A DNA stretch of 64,000 nucleotides, taken from assembly GCA_964597315.1 (NCBI GenBank), contig CAZQXD010000018.1, forward strand, positions 1,678 through 65,677. Direction: 5' to 3'. The position numbers were made by a program, and so were the translations under genes. Shown in pieces: positions 50,888 through 60,368 of this stretch. How positions within the stretch are numbered: the stretch's first letter is position 1; every line of letters starts with the position of its first letter. The DNA comes from an uncultured Candidatus Competibacteraceae bacterium. Its GTDB lineage: Bacteria > Pseudomonadota > Gammaproteobacteria > Competibacterales > Competibacteraceae. A model generated the notes under the pieces. That model searched no databases, was not told the origin of the DNA, and saw only the letters and a program-made list of their open reading frames with translations.

Positions 50888-50952
50888 GCGAATGATTCCG
50901 CATCGCCCCCGGGGCGACGCGGCGCCCACCGCTAAACCGACGGAGGCTCGCC

Positions 50953-51648
50953 ATGAACCCACAACCCACGTTTTCCATCCAGGCCCTGGAACTGGGACCC
51001 ATGGAGAATTTCGTCTATCTGATCCATGACCGCGCCAGCCACCGGGCGGCAGTGGTGGACCCGGCGTGGGATGTGTCCGCCGTGCTGCGCCTGGCCGAGG
51101 GGCAGGGGGTGACCATCACCGACATCCTGCTCACCCACAGCCACCATGATCATATTAATGGAGTGGAGGAGCTGCTCGAGGCCACGGACGCCCAGATGCA
51201 CCTGCTCAAGGCCGAGGCCCGGTTCTGGGGCCGCTATCTGGACCTGCCCACCCTGCATCATGGGGGTGATGAAATCCAGTTGGGCGAGACCCCGATCCAG
51301 ATTCTGCACACCCCCGGCCATACCCCGGGATCGGCCTGTTTTCATCTGGGGGATAAAGTGATCACCGGTGACACCCTGTTCGTGTTCGGCTGCGGGCGCT
51401 GTGATCTGCGGGGTGGGGACCCGGAACAGTTGTTCGATACTTTGCGCCATCTGTCCCAGGACCTGCCGGCGAACACGGTCATCCACCCCGGCCATAACTA
51501 CGGCATCACCCCTACCTCCACGCTGCTAGAGCAGATCAACGGCAACCCGTTTTTGCATTTTCACGACAGACCCGGTTTCGTGGAGTACCGAATGCACCTG
51601 CATGACCGACCCGAACCCTATACGGCGGTGGTCCGCTCGGAGTCCTGA
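50953..51648 (+). CDS. MBL-fold metallo-hydrolase (glyoxalase II-like)
   Basis: The THSHHDH motif, plus downstream ...HTPGHTPGS... and ...HPGHNY... Confidence 0.85.
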   Translation: MNPQPTFSIQALELGPMENFVYLIHDRASHRAAVVDPAWDVSAVLRLAEGQGVTITDILLTHSHHDHINGVEELLEATDAQMHLLKAEARFWGRYLDLPTLHHGGDEIQLGETPIQILHTPGHTPGSACFHLGDKVITGDTLFVFGCGRCDLRGGDPEQLFDTLRHLSQDLPANTVIHPGHNYGITPTSTLLEQINGNPFLHFHDRPGFVEYRMHLHDRPEPYTAVVRSES

Positions 51649-51994
51649 GGGCGGCGAATCAACGGGATGCCGACAATGTCCTGGTGGTCTGCCGTTGCCA
51701 GTCCCGCCGCTCGACCGGCGCCCGAGGTCTGGCCGTTTCGCACTGACAGCCCAGCTTTTTGTGTGATTATTGATACAGCTTAAAACGTCGAATGGAGGTA
51801 GACGAACGCTGTGAAGAGTTGTTAAACTCCCCCTCACTGTTGCAGAACAGCAACAAAAATTCAAATTTGTGTTTTTTTTGAGAATGCCAGTTGCATTTAT
51901 GCTCATAAATAGGTATAAATACAACCAACGCGAATCAAGACTTTTCCATTAGCACTTTGTTGTAACTAAACAACTTAAACTTAGGAGTCATGTA

Positions 51995-52960
51995 ATGAAC
52001 AAGACTGCTGTAGCTCTCGCGGTGACCGGCGCCCTGGTGGCTGTTTCCGCTCAGGCCGAAACCACCCTGTACGGTTCCGCCCGCGTTTCCGTGGACTACC
52101 AGAAGGCCGATGTCCTGCGTCTCAACCAGATTGGGGACGTGGTCGACATTTTCGACGACGGCGTGTGGGACGTGGTGAATAACTCTTCCCGTCTGGGCGT
52201 CAAGGGTTCCGAAGATCTGGGTAATGGCCTGTCCGCCATCTACCAGTACGAGTTCGGCGTTGATGCTGCTGATGGCGGCAACTTCAACTCCAATCGCCCC
52301 CGGGTGCTGGGTCTGAAGGGCGGTTTCGGCACCATCAGCCTAGGTAACCAGTGGAGCCCCTACTACAACGTCGCCGGTCTTACCGACGTGTTCAACTCCG
52401 GTAAGTCCTTCGCCAACTACCTTGGCCCGTTCCGGACTTCCAGTTCGTTGCTGTACACCACCCCCGACCTCAGCGGCCTGAGCGCTCAGGCGCTGATCCA
52501 GATGGACGGTGTGGCCGGTGAGGACAGCGCCGACGAGTGGCAGTTGAACCTGAAATACGACAACGGTCCCTTCACCGCCGGCGTGGCCTACCGTAGCGTC
52601 GAGACCACCGATGTGGACGGCTACACTGTGGGTCTGGGCTACAACGGTGGCAACCTGTCCGTGGGCCTGACCGTGGAGCAGGTGGACGACGTGGCCGACG
52701 ATTATTTCGGTGTGGTGTCCTACGCTTTCGGCGCCAACATCATCCGTGTCGCTTACGGCCAGGTGCAGTTCGACGACGGTTCCGACGAGGACGTCAACCA
52801 CTACCTCCTGGGCTTCCAGCACAACCTGAGCAAGCGCAGCCGGATTTGGGTTGAGTACATCGGCTTCAACGGTGATGATTTCGAGCTGGACGAGCCCAGC
52901 ACCATCAACTTCTCCGGCGACTCCGACGCCATCTCCATCGGTATGCGCCACGACTTCTAA
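51995..52960 (+). CDS. Outer-membrane general porin
   Basis: Signal peptide MNKTAVALAVTGALVAVSAQA, then ETTLYGSARVS. Alternating beta-strand pattern. C-terminal ...ISIGMRHDF. A long AT-rich leader/promoter region lies at 51760-51994. Confidence 0.85.
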   Translation: MNKTAVALAVTGALVAVSAQAETTLYGSARVSVDYQKADVLRLNQIGDVVDIFDDGVWDVVNNSSRLGVKGSEDLGNGLSAIYQYEFGVDAADGGNFNSNRPRVLGLKGGFGTISLGNQWSPYYNVAGLTDVFNSGKSFANYLGPFRTSSSLLYTTPDLSGLSAQALIQMDGVAGEDSADEWQLNLKYDNGPFTAGVAYRSVETTDVDGYTVGLGYNGGNLSVGLTVEQVDDVADDYFGVVSYAFGANIIRVAYGQVQFDDGSDEDVNHYLLGFQHNLSKRSRIWVEYIGFNGDDFELDEPSTINFSGDSDAISIGMRHDF

Positions 52961-52984
52961 GTCGCCTCGCAATCGCTGGTATCC

Positions 52985-53017
52985 AACGGGCGCCCCAAGG
53001 GCGCCCGTTATTTTTTT
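52985..53017 (+). terminator. Rho-independent terminator after the porin gene
   Basis: 11-bp stem aacgggcgccc/gggcgcccgtt with a 3-nt loop, followed by aTTTTTTT. Confidence 0.85.
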
Positions 53018-53676
53018 CAGGGCATGATTTTGCGCACCCCATCGGCGCCGCCCAGCAACAGCACATCCGCTGGGCGCAGGGCGAACAGGCCCACGGTGAC
53101 TACGCCGGCGATATTATTCAACTCCGCCTCCAACTTGGCCGGCTCCAAGATTTTCAGGTTATACACATCCAGGATCAGATTGCCGTTGTCGGTGATAGCA
53201 TTCTCCCGCAGCGTCGGCTGACCGCCCCGCTTAAGCAACTCCCGGCCCACATGGCTGCGGGCCATGGGAATCACCTCGACGGGCAGGGGAAACGTCCCCA
53301 GCACGTCCACCAGCTTGCTCTCGTCGGCAATGCAGACAAAAGTCTCGCTGGCCGCCGCGACGATCTTCTCCCGGGTGAGCGCCCCGCCGCCACCCTTGAT
53401 GAGTTGTAAGCGGGGGTTGGACTCGTCGGCCCCGTCCACATACAGGGGCAACTCACCGGCGGCGTTTAGGTTCAGCACCGGGATGCCCAGGCGCTTGAGG
53501 CGTTGGGTGGAGGCTTCCGAACTGGACACGGCGCCATCAATACGGCCTTTGATCCGGGCCAGGGCATCGATAAAGTAGTTGACTGTGGAGCCGGTGCCCA
53601 CCCCCACTACCATATCGGTTTCCACATAGTCCAGGGCCGCCTCGGCGGCGCGTTTTTTCTGTTCGTCTTGGGACAT
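53017..53676 (-). CDS. rpiA: Ribose-5-phosphate isomerase A
   Basis: [40 protein letters not shown]...LYVDGADE....[14 protein letters not shown]... Start at 53676. Confidence 0.93.
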   Translation of the reverse strand: MSQDEQKKRAAEAALDYVETDMVVGVGTGSTVNYFIDALARIKGRIDGAVSSSEASTQRLKRLGIPVLNLNAAGELPLYVDGADESNPRLQLIKGGGGALTREKIVAAASETFVCIADESKLVDVLGTFPLPVEVIPMARSHVGRELLKRGGQPTLRENAITDNGNLILDVYNLKILEPAKLEAELNNIAGVVTVGLFALRPADVLLLGGADGVRKIMP

Positions 53677-53755
53677 GGCCTGGTTCCTCTTGCAGTGCGC
53701 TTGCCGGCATGGTATGGGAACGGGGCCGATCCCCGGCCCCGCCTGAACTGACACT

Positions 53756-55288
53756 GTGGATACTATGCAACACTACCTAGAAAAAATCCTTACCGCCCGG
53801 GTCTACGACGTAGCGGTGGAGAGTCCCCTGGACCCCATGGCCCGCTTGTCCCGGCGTCTGGACAACCGTGTCCTGCTGAAGCGTGAAGATCTCCAGCCGG
53901 TGTTCTCCTTCAAGCTGCGGGGCGCCTATAACAAGATTGCCGGTCTGCCCAAAGAGGCCCTGGACCGGGGGATTATCTGCGCTTCGGCAGGCAACCACGC
54001 CCAAGGGGTGGCCCTGGCGGCCCAGCGGCTGGGGGTCAGGGCGGTGATCGTCATGCCCCGCACCACCCCGGATATCAAAGTGGAAGCGGTGCGCAATCTA
54101 GGGGGTGTGGCCGTGCTGCATGGAGATGCCTTCGACGAGGCTTATCAGCATGCTAAGCAATTGGAGACCGAGGAAGGGCTGACCTTTATCCACCCCTACG
54201 ACGATCCCGCTGTCATCGCCGGCCAGGGCACGGTCGGTCTGGAAATCCTGCGCCGCCACCCGGACCCCATCGAGGCCATTTTCATCCCCGTGGGAGGCGG
54301 CGGTCTGCTGGCCGGCATCGCTGTCTGCGTCAAGTATCTGCGCCCGGACATCAAAATCATCGGCGTGGAGCCAGATGAAGCCGCCTCCATGCACCAGGCC
54401 CTCAAGCACGACCGGCGGGTGCTGCTTGACCATGTGGGCATCTTCGCCGACGGGGTGGCGGTGCGCCAGGCCGGGGAGGAGACCTTTCGCATCGCCCGGG
54501 AGACCGTGGACGAAGTGGTCTTGGTCTCCACCGACGAAATCTGCGCCGCCATAAAAGATATCTTCGACGACACCCGCTCCATCGCCGAACCGGCCGGCGC
54601 CTTAGGGGTGGCGGGTCTCAAGAAATATGTAGCCCGGGAGGGGTTGCGGGGGGCCAATCTAGTGGCGGTCAACAGCGGCGCCAATGTCAATTTCGACCGC
54701 CTGCGCCATGTGGCCGAGCGGGCCGAGCTGGGGGAGCGTCGGGAGGCCCTGTTCGCGGTGACCATTCCCGAACGGCCCGGTAGTTTCCGGCAGTTCTGCG
54801 AGTCCATCGGCCAGCGCCAGATCACCGAGTTCAACTATCGCTATAACGACAGCCGGGCGGCCCAGATATTCGTGGGTCTGCAATTGTCCGGTGGGGAGAG
54901 CGAGCGAGAGCGGATGCTCCAAGTATTGCGCGACCAGGATTACCCGGTGTTGGATATGACCGACAACGAGATGGCTAAACTCCATGTGCGCTATATGGTA
55001 GGGGGGCATGCCCCAGGTATCCGCGACGAGTTGCTATACCGATTCCAGTTCCCGGAGCGGCCAGGCGCCCTGCTGAAGTTCCTCACCGGCCTGGCCAAGG
55101 GCTGGAATATCAGCCTGTTTCACTACCGCAATCACGGCGCCGACTATGGCCGGGTGCTGGTGGGCGTCCAGGTGCCCCCGAAAGAGCGGGACGAGTTCGA
55201 ACACTGTCTCAAGGTGCTGGGCTACGAGTACTTTCCCGAGACCGGCAATCCCGTCTACCGGCTGTTCCTGGACGGTCACGGGGATTGA
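53756..55288 (+). CDS. ilvA: Biosynthetic threonine ammonia-lyase
   Basis: PLP lysine region ...[19 protein letters not shown]... and two C-terminal ACT-like regulatory repeats. The start is GTG at 53756 or ATG at 53765. Confidence 0.92.
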   Translation: MDTMQHYLEKILTARVYDVAVESPLDPMARLSRRLDNRVLLKREDLQPVFSFKLRGAYNKIAGLPKEALDRGIICASAGNHAQGVALAAQRLGVRAVIVMPRTTPDIKVEAVRNLGGVAVLHGDAFDEAYQHAKQLETEEGLTFIHPYDDPAVIAGQGTVGLEILRRHPDPIEAIFIPVGGGGLLAGIAVCVKYLRPDIKIIGVEPDEAASMHQALKHDRRVLLDHVGIFADGVAVRQAGEETFRIARETVDEVVLVSTDEICAAIKDIFDDTRSIAEPAGALGVAGLKKYVAREGLRGANLVAVNSGANVNFDRLRHVAERAELGERREALFAVTIPERPGSFRQFCESIGQRQITEFNYRYNDSRAAQIFVGLQLSGGESERERMLQVLRDQDYPVLDMTDNEMAKLHVRYMVGGHAPGIRDELLYRFQFPERPGALLKFLTGLAKGWNISLFHYRNHGADYGRVLVGVQVPPKERDEFEHCLKVLGYEYFPETGNPVYRLFLDGHGD

Positions 55289-55291
55289 ACC

Positions 55292-55750
55292 TCACTCCAA
55301 GCCCAGAATATAAGCCCATTGTTCCGGGTGGACCGGCATCACCGACAGCCGGTTGCCCCGCTTGAGTAGAGCCAGGCCGTCCAATTGGGGATGGGACTTG
55401 AGTTCGGCCAGGGTGATGACGCGACGTAGCTTGCGCGACAGCCGGATATCCACCCGGTACCAGCGGGGCTGGGCCGGGTCGCTTTTGGGATCGTGGTAGG
55501 GGCTGTGGGGGTCGAAGGCGGTGCTGTCTGGATAGCCCGCCCGCACCACTTCGGCGATGCCTACGATGCCCGGTTGTTGAGTGTTGGAGTGATAGAAAAA
55601 CACCTGGTCCCCGGCCTTGACTTGATCCCGTAGCCAGTTACGGGCCTGATAGTTGCGTACCCCGTCCCAGGGTTCGGTGGCGTCGGGCCGGGCCGCTAGG
55701 TCGTCGATGCCGAAGGTCTCGGGTTCCGATTTGAACAGCCAGTACTGCAT
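55292..55750 (-). CDS. EVE (PUA-like) domain protein
   Basis: MQYWLFKSEPETFGIDDLAARPDATEPWDGVRNYQARNWLRDQVKAGDQVFFYHSN... is the canonical EVE N-terminus. Confidence 0.8.
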   Translation of the reverse strand: MQYWLFKSEPETFGIDDLAARPDATEPWDGVRNYQARNWLRDQVKAGDQVFFYHSNTQQPGIVGIAEVVRAGYPDSTAFDPHSPYHDPKSDPAQPRWYRVDIRLSRKLRRVITLAELKSHPQLDGLALLKRGNRLSVMPVHPEQWAYILGLE

Positions 55751-55752
55751 GC

Positions 55753-56364
55753 TCAGTCCAGGGGAAAGCCCGTATCACCCGAGTATAGGGCCGCCTCGGT
55801 GGCCACGCCATCCAGGGGCACATCCCAGGACTGGCGCTCCAGTGCGGCCACCTTTTGAACCTCATAGGCCAGTCCCAGCAGATGAGGTTTGTGCAGGTGA
55901 TTGGGGGTATTGAGAAAAGCGAAAGTTCGGTCGTAGAAGCCGCCACCCATACCCATCCGGGTGCCCCGGTCATCGAAGGCCACCAGCGGCAGCAGGACCA
56001 GGTCCAGTTGCTGGGGGGGCAGCAGGTCACCGCTCGGCGCCTGCGGTTCGGGGATGCCGAAGTGGTTGGGGGTCATGGGCGTGTCGGCGTCATAGGGGGC
56101 AAATAACAGATGCACCGGCGGGTTGCCGATGAGTACTGGCAGATAGATACGTTTGCCCATGGCCCAGGCCCGCTCCAGCAACGGCGCCGGGTCCAACTCC
56201 CCATCAAAGGCCAAATAGGCGGCGATCCGCCGGGCGCTTGCGAATAAGCGCAAACCCGCTACCCGGCGGGCTACCCCATGGGCGGCGGCATGGCGTTGGG
56301 AGTCATGCAACTGGCGGCGGCGAGCGCGAAGCTGGCGGCGTAGCGGGGTGGAGGGGGCTTGCAT
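55753..56364 (-). CDS. ygfA: 5-formyltetrahydrofolate cyclo-ligase
   Basis: ...LRRQLRARRRQL... N-terminus and ...GMGGGFYDRT... motif. I moved the start to the ATG at 56364, because the longer track ORF (to 56409) overlaps the 3' end of 6S RNA. Confidence 0.8.
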   Translation of the reverse strand: MQAPSTPLRRQLRARRRQLHDSQRHAAAHGVARRVAGLRLFASARRIAAYLAFDGELDPAPLLERAWAMGKRIYLPVLIGNPPVHLLFAPYDADTPMTPNHFGIPEPQAPSGDLLPPQQLDLVLLPLVAFDDRGTRMGMGGGFYDRTFAFLNTPNHLHKPHLLGLAYEVQKVAALERQSWDVPLDGVATEAALYSGDTGFPLD

Positions 56365-56373
56365 ATATAAAGA

Positions 56374-56572
56374 GGGCATCCTCCGCCTGTGCCGTTTAGG
56401 GGCCATCACCCTTGAACCGGACGGTCCAAGTGGGGAATTCCGGCTGGCGTATTAGGCTTTCCGCTACAAGGCGGACCTGCACACAACGCCAACAAACTCG
56501 TTCCCCGGGTATAGTCAATTTAGGATCAAGGGGTATACCCGGCCCATTGGGCGAACACTACAGAGGATGCCC
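56374..56572 (-). ncRNA. ssrS: 6S RNA
   Basis: It sits between zapA and ygfA, the conserved gammaproteobacterial position. The 5' GGGCAUCCUC pairs with the 3' GAGGAUGCCC to close the stem. Internal segments GUUCGCCCAAUGGGCC and GGUUCAAGGGUGAUGGCC resemble E. coli 6S (GUUCGCAAGCGGGCC; GGUUCAAGGGUUACAGCC). Confidence 0.78.
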
Positions 56573-56581
56573 ATAACGAAA

Positions 56582-56896
56582 CTATACTTCCATTTGGGGG
56601 GTATTGTTAAGGGTTGCGTCAAGTTTGTCGGTCAGATTGTCGATGCGCCCACATAGATCCTGGTCTTGATGGTTGCGTTCCTGGCGGTCACGCAGGAGGT
56701 CATGGACAATATTCAAGGCTGCCATGACGGCGATGCGCTCCGTGCCCAGCACCTTGCCTCCGGCGCGAATTTCCAGCATCTGATCATTCAGGTAATGGGC
56801 TGCCCGGAGCAGGGCTTCGTGCTCCTCGGAGGGGCAGGCCACCCGGTATTCGCTATCCATAATCTGCACGACCACCGGGGCTTTGTCATCGCTCAT
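56582..56896 (-). CDS. zapA: Cell division protein ZapA
   Basis: MSDDKAPVVVQIMDSEYRVACPSEEHEALLRAAHYLNDQMLEIRAGGKVLGTERIAVMAALNIVHDLL... Start at 56896. Confidence 0.85.
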   Translation of the reverse strand: MSDDKAPVVVQIMDSEYRVACPSEEHEALLRAAHYLNDQMLEIRAGGKVLGTERIAVMAALNIVHDLLRDRQERNHQDQDLCGRIDNLTDKLDATLNNTPQMEV

Positions 56897-56897
56897 A

Positions 56898-57125
56898 TTA
56901 AGGCTCCAGGGCTTTGAGGCGGGCGACCATGGCTTCGATGCGCGCTCGCGACAGTTCGTTTTTCTCCAGCAGCTCATTGCGCTCGGCGGTGAGCGTCGTG
57001 TGCTGTTGGCGCAGGTCCTGGTTCTCGTCCCTCAGCCGGTCACAGAGCTGAATCAGTTCTTCCAACCGGACTTCCAGTCTGTCCAGGGCAAGGGCGGCCT
57101 TGTTGTTGGTGGGCTCGGTTTGCAT
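56898..57125 (-). CDS. Small coiled-coil protein upstream of zapA (TIGR02449 / ZapB-like)
   Basis: MQTEPTNNKAALALDRLEVRLEELIQLCDRLRDENQDLRQQHTTLTAERNELLEKNELSRARIEAMVARLKALEP is one continuous heptad coiled coil. Its stop abuts the zapA ATG (TAATATG). Confidence 0.6.
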   Translation of the reverse strand: MQTEPTNNKAALALDRLEVRLEELIQLCDRLRDENQDLRQQHTTLTAERNELLEKNELSRARIEAMVARLKALEP

Positions 57126-57234
57126 GAAAATCACTATAGATCGCCCTCCCCAGGCGGTCAATGCTAGGATGAAGCTGCTATCCTGCCTTATGTGCGGCCC
57201 CACCGGAACCCCCGCTTGGGCTGCGGAGACCGAC

Positions 57235-57813
57235 ATGAACGCCAGCCCCGAAATCCCCGAGTTTGCCCGTATCGACCGCTTGCTAGGCCGCATCGGTAAT
57301 CCCTCCGACCCGGCGGAAATCCACGGCCTGCTATGCGGCATCTACTGCCTGCGAGGCGCCGTCGGTCGTGATGTGTGGATGCTTCAGGTGTTGGGCGACG
57401 GCTATCAAGAGGCCAGCCGAGAGGAAACCAATATACTCCTGGAACTCTTTGAGGCCACCACCCGTCAATTCAACGATACCGACCTGGGGCTGGCGCTGCT
57501 GCTCCCGGACGACGACGAACCCTTGAGCGAGCGCGCCGATTCCCTGGGTGAATGGTGCCAGGGCTTCATGGCCGGACTGGGACTGGGCGGGATCGATTCA
57601 CGCCAGGATCTGTCCGCCGAGGTACAGGAGTTTTTGCGGGATTTGCTGGAAATCTCTCGCCTGGAGTTCGACACCGACGAGGTGGACGAAAGCGACGAGA
57701 CGGCCTATGTGGAGATCGTCGAATACGTGCGCATGGGCATTCTGCTGGTCAACGAGGAACTGCGCCACCGGCTACGGGAACCCGCCGGTCCCGGTTCCTC
57801 CCGAATCCACTAG
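57235..57813 (+). CDS. ygfB: UPF0149 family protein YgfB
   Basis: ...SDPAEIHGLLCGIYC...EWCQGFMAGLGL...EFLRDLLEISRLEF...EIVEYVRMGILLV... GGAGA lies before the ATG at 57235. It occupies the conserved ygfB-pepP-ubiH position. Confidence 0.8.
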   Translation: MNASPEIPEFARIDRLLGRIGNPSDPAEIHGLLCGIYCLRGAVGRDVWMLQVLGDGYQEASREETNILLELFEATTRQFNDTDLGLALLLPDDDEPLSERADSLGEWCQGFMAGLGLGGIDSRQDLSAEVQEFLRDLLEISRLEFDTDEVDESDETAYVEIVEYVRMGILLVNEELRHRLREPAGPGSSRIH

Positions 57814-57829
57814 AGAAGACCGATATTTC

Positions 57830-59146
57830 ATGTTCGCCAACGCCATACCCGCCGAGGAATTCGCCGCCCGCCGTCAGGCGCTGCTGGAGCGCATGGAGCC
57901 GGGTAGCATCGCCCTGCTCCCCGCCGCCCCAGAACGCCAGCGCAACCGGGACGTGCACCACCCCTATCGCCAGGACAGTGATTTCTATTACCTCACCGGG
58001 TTTCCCGAGCCCGAGGCTCTGGCGGTGCTGATACCCGGGGCCGATCAGCCCTATGTGCTGTTCTGCCGGGAGCGGGACCCCGAACAGGAAACTTGGAACG
58101 GCCGCCGCGCCGGCCAGGGGGGGGCGGTGGAACATTACGGGGCCGACGTTTCCCACCCCATTACCGCCCTGGACGAGACTCTGCCCACGCTATTGGAGAA
58201 CCGTCGCCGAGTGTATTGCGCCCTGGGCTATGACCCGGATTTCGACAATCGGCTGCTGGGCTGGGTCAACGCCGTGCGGGCCAAAGTCCGCACCGGGGTG
58301 CGCTCACCCCGGGAGTTGGTCTGCGTGGAGGAGTTAATCCACGATCTGCGCTTGCGAAAAAACGCCCCTGAACTGGCGGTGATGCGCCAGGCTGCGGAGA
58401 TCTCCGCCGAGGCCCATCGACGGGCTATGCAGATATGCAAGCCGGGGCTAACCGAATACCAGATCGAGGCGGAGATCCTCCATGTCTTCGCCCGCCAGGG
58501 GGCCGGCTTCGCCTATCCGTCCATCGTCGGCGGCGGCGAGAACGGCTGTATCCTCCATTACACCGAGAACAGCGCCGAACTGCGGGACGGCGACCTATTG
58601 CTGATCGACGCGGGTGCCGAGATGGACAACTACGCCGCCGACATCACCCGCACCTTCCCGGTCAATGGCCGTTTCTCCCCGGAGCAGAGGGCGGTTTACG
58701 ACGTGGTGCTGGCCGCCCAGAAGGCCGCCATCGCCACCGTCATGCCCGGCCATACCTGGAACCAGCCCCACGAGGCGGCGGTGCGGGTGCTGACCGAGGG
58801 CCTGGTGGACCTGGGCTTGCTCCAGGGGGAGTTGGAGGAACTCATCGACGCCGAAGCCTACAAGCCCTTTTACATGCACCGCACCGGCCACTGGCTGGGC
58901 ATGGATGTTCACGACGTGGGCGACTACAAGATTGACGGCCACTGGCGCCAACTGGAACCGGGCATGGTGCTGACCGTGGAGCCGGGTTTGTATATCGCCG
59001 CTGGCGCGGACGGTGTGGACCCACGCTGGTGGTCCATGGGTATTCGCATCGAAGACGACGTGCTGGTCACCCCCGAGGGTTGCCAGGTACTCACCTCCGG
59101 GGCGCCCAAGGACATTGAGACCATCGAGGCCCTGATGCGGGGTTGA
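57830..59146 (+). CDS. pepP: Xaa-Pro aminopeptidase
   Basis: ...YRQDSDFYYLTGFPEPEA...LLLIDAGAEMDNYAADITRTFPVNG...HRTGHWLGMDVHD...LTVEPGLY...GIRIEDDVLVT are the M24B metal ligands. Confidence 0.93.
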   Translation: MFANAIPAEEFAARRQALLERMEPGSIALLPAAPERQRNRDVHHPYRQDSDFYYLTGFPEPEALAVLIPGADQPYVLFCRERDPEQETWNGRRAGQGGAVEHYGADVSHPITALDETLPTLLENRRRVYCALGYDPDFDNRLLGWVNAVRAKVRTGVRSPRELVCVEELIHDLRLRKNAPELAVMRQAAEISAEAHRRAMQICKPGLTEYQIEAEILHVFARQGAGFAYPSIVGGGENGCILHYTENSAELRDGDLLLIDAGAEMDNYAADITRTFPVNGRFSPEQRAVYDVVLAAQKAAIATVMPGHTWNQPHEAAVRVLTEGLVDLGLLQGELEELIDAEAYKPFYMHRTGHWLGMDVHDVGDYKIDGHWRQLEPGMVLTVEPGLYIAAGADGVDPRWWSMGIRIEDDVLVTPEGCQVLTSGAPKDIETIEALMRG

Positions 59147-59148
59147 GC

Positions 59149-60360
59149 ATGAACCGTTATGACCTGCTGATCGTGGGCGGTGGCCTGGTGGGGGCCGCCC
59201 TGGGTTGCGCCTTGGGGGACCGGGGGCTGCGTATTGGCCTGGTGGAGGCCCATCCCTTCAGGGCCGACAGCCATCCCGGTTACGACGACCGCACCCTGGC
59301 CCTGTCCTATGGCAGCCGGCGGATCTTCGAGGGCCTGGGGCTGTGGCAGGCCCTGGCCCCGGAAGCCACTCCCATTCAGGCCATTCATATCTCCGACCGG
59401 GGCCGACCCGGCATGGCCCATCTAGATGGCGCCGGGCAAGGGGTGGAGGCTTTGGGCTATGTACTCACCGCCCGGGTCATTGGCGCGGCGCTGCTGTCGC
59501 GCTTGGAGCGGCTGCCGGGGGTGGAGCTGTTGTGCCCCGCCAGCTTGGAGGACTTGACCCTGCACTCTGAGGCGGCCCAGGCCGAGGTCATCCTGAACGG
59601 CCAGTCCGTGAACCTGGAAGCCCGCTTGCTGGTGGCCGCCGACGGCGCCCGCTCCCGAGTCCGCCAGCGGCTCGGCATCGAGGCCCTGCGCTGGGACTAC
59701 GGCCAGGCGGCGGTGATCGCCAACGTCAGCCCCGAACTACCCCACCGCAACCGGGCCTTCGAGCGCTTCACCGAGGCCGGGCCGGTGGCCCTGCTGCCCC
59801 TGGGGGAGGACCGCTGCGCCGCCATCTGCACGGTGCGGGAGGCCGACCTGGAGTCTGTGCTGGCTCTGGACGACGCCGGTTTCGCCCGGCTGTTATCCGA
59901 CCGCTTCGGCGACCGGCTGGGGGCCTTCCTTAAGGTGGGTCGCCGTCAGTCCTATCCCCTGTCTCTGGTCAAGAGCCGGGAGCATATTCGCCACCGGGTG
60001 GCGGTGATCGGCAACGCTGCCCACACCCTGCATCCCATCGCCGGCCAGGGCTTTAATCTGGGGCTGCGGGACGTGGCGGCGCTGGCGGAACTGGTGGCCG
60101 ACGCCGCCGACGCCGACCCCGGCGCCCCGGCGCTGCTGGAACGCTACGCCCAGTGGCGACGCTGGGACCAGCGCCGCGCCATCGCTTTTACCGATGGCCT
60201 GGCCCGGCTGTTCGTAAACCCTCTGGGACCGGTGCGCCTGGCCCGTAACCTGGGCCTGCTGGCCTTCGATCTCGCCCCGCCCGCCAAGCGCTGGTTGGCC
60301 CGCCAGACCATGGGACTGGCTGGACGGCTGCCGCGATTGGCGCGGGGTCTGCCCTTATAA
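59149..60360 (+). CDS. ubiH: FAD-dependent ubiquinone biosynthesis hydroxylase UbiH
   Basis: FAD motif DLLIVGGGLVGAALG, then ...IGNAAHTLHPIAGQGFNLGLRD... It lies immediately after pepP. Confidence 0.87.
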   Translation: MNRYDLLIVGGGLVGAALGCALGDRGLRIGLVEAHPFRADSHPGYDDRTLALSYGSRRIFEGLGLWQALAPEATPIQAIHISDRGRPGMAHLDGAGQGVEALGYVLTARVIGAALLSRLERLPGVELLCPASLEDLTLHSEAAQAEVILNGQSVNLEARLLVAADGARSRVRQRLGIEALRWDYGQAAVIANVSPELPHRNRAFERFTEAGPVALLPLGEDRCAAICTVREADLESVLALDDAGFARLLSDRFGDRLGAFLKVGRRQSYPLSLVKSREHIRHRVAVIGNAAHTLHPIAGQGFNLGLRDVAALAELVADAADADPGAPALLERYAQWRRWDQRRAIAFTDGLARLFVNPLGPVRLARNLGLLAFDLAPPAKRWLARQTMGLAGRLPRLARGLPL

Positions 60361-60368
60361 GGAACGCC

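Noticed and set aside
50212-50952. An integrated prophage or genomic island at tRNA-Gln.
   Set aside because: There is no integrase gene, no phage genes and no duplicated tRNA 3' end. Only short IS fragments are present, within 670 bp.
55753-56409. The full-length track ORF, considered as the ygfA coding sequence.
   Set aside because: Its first 15 codons overlap the 3' closing stem of the 6S RNA. The internal ATG at 56364 fits better.
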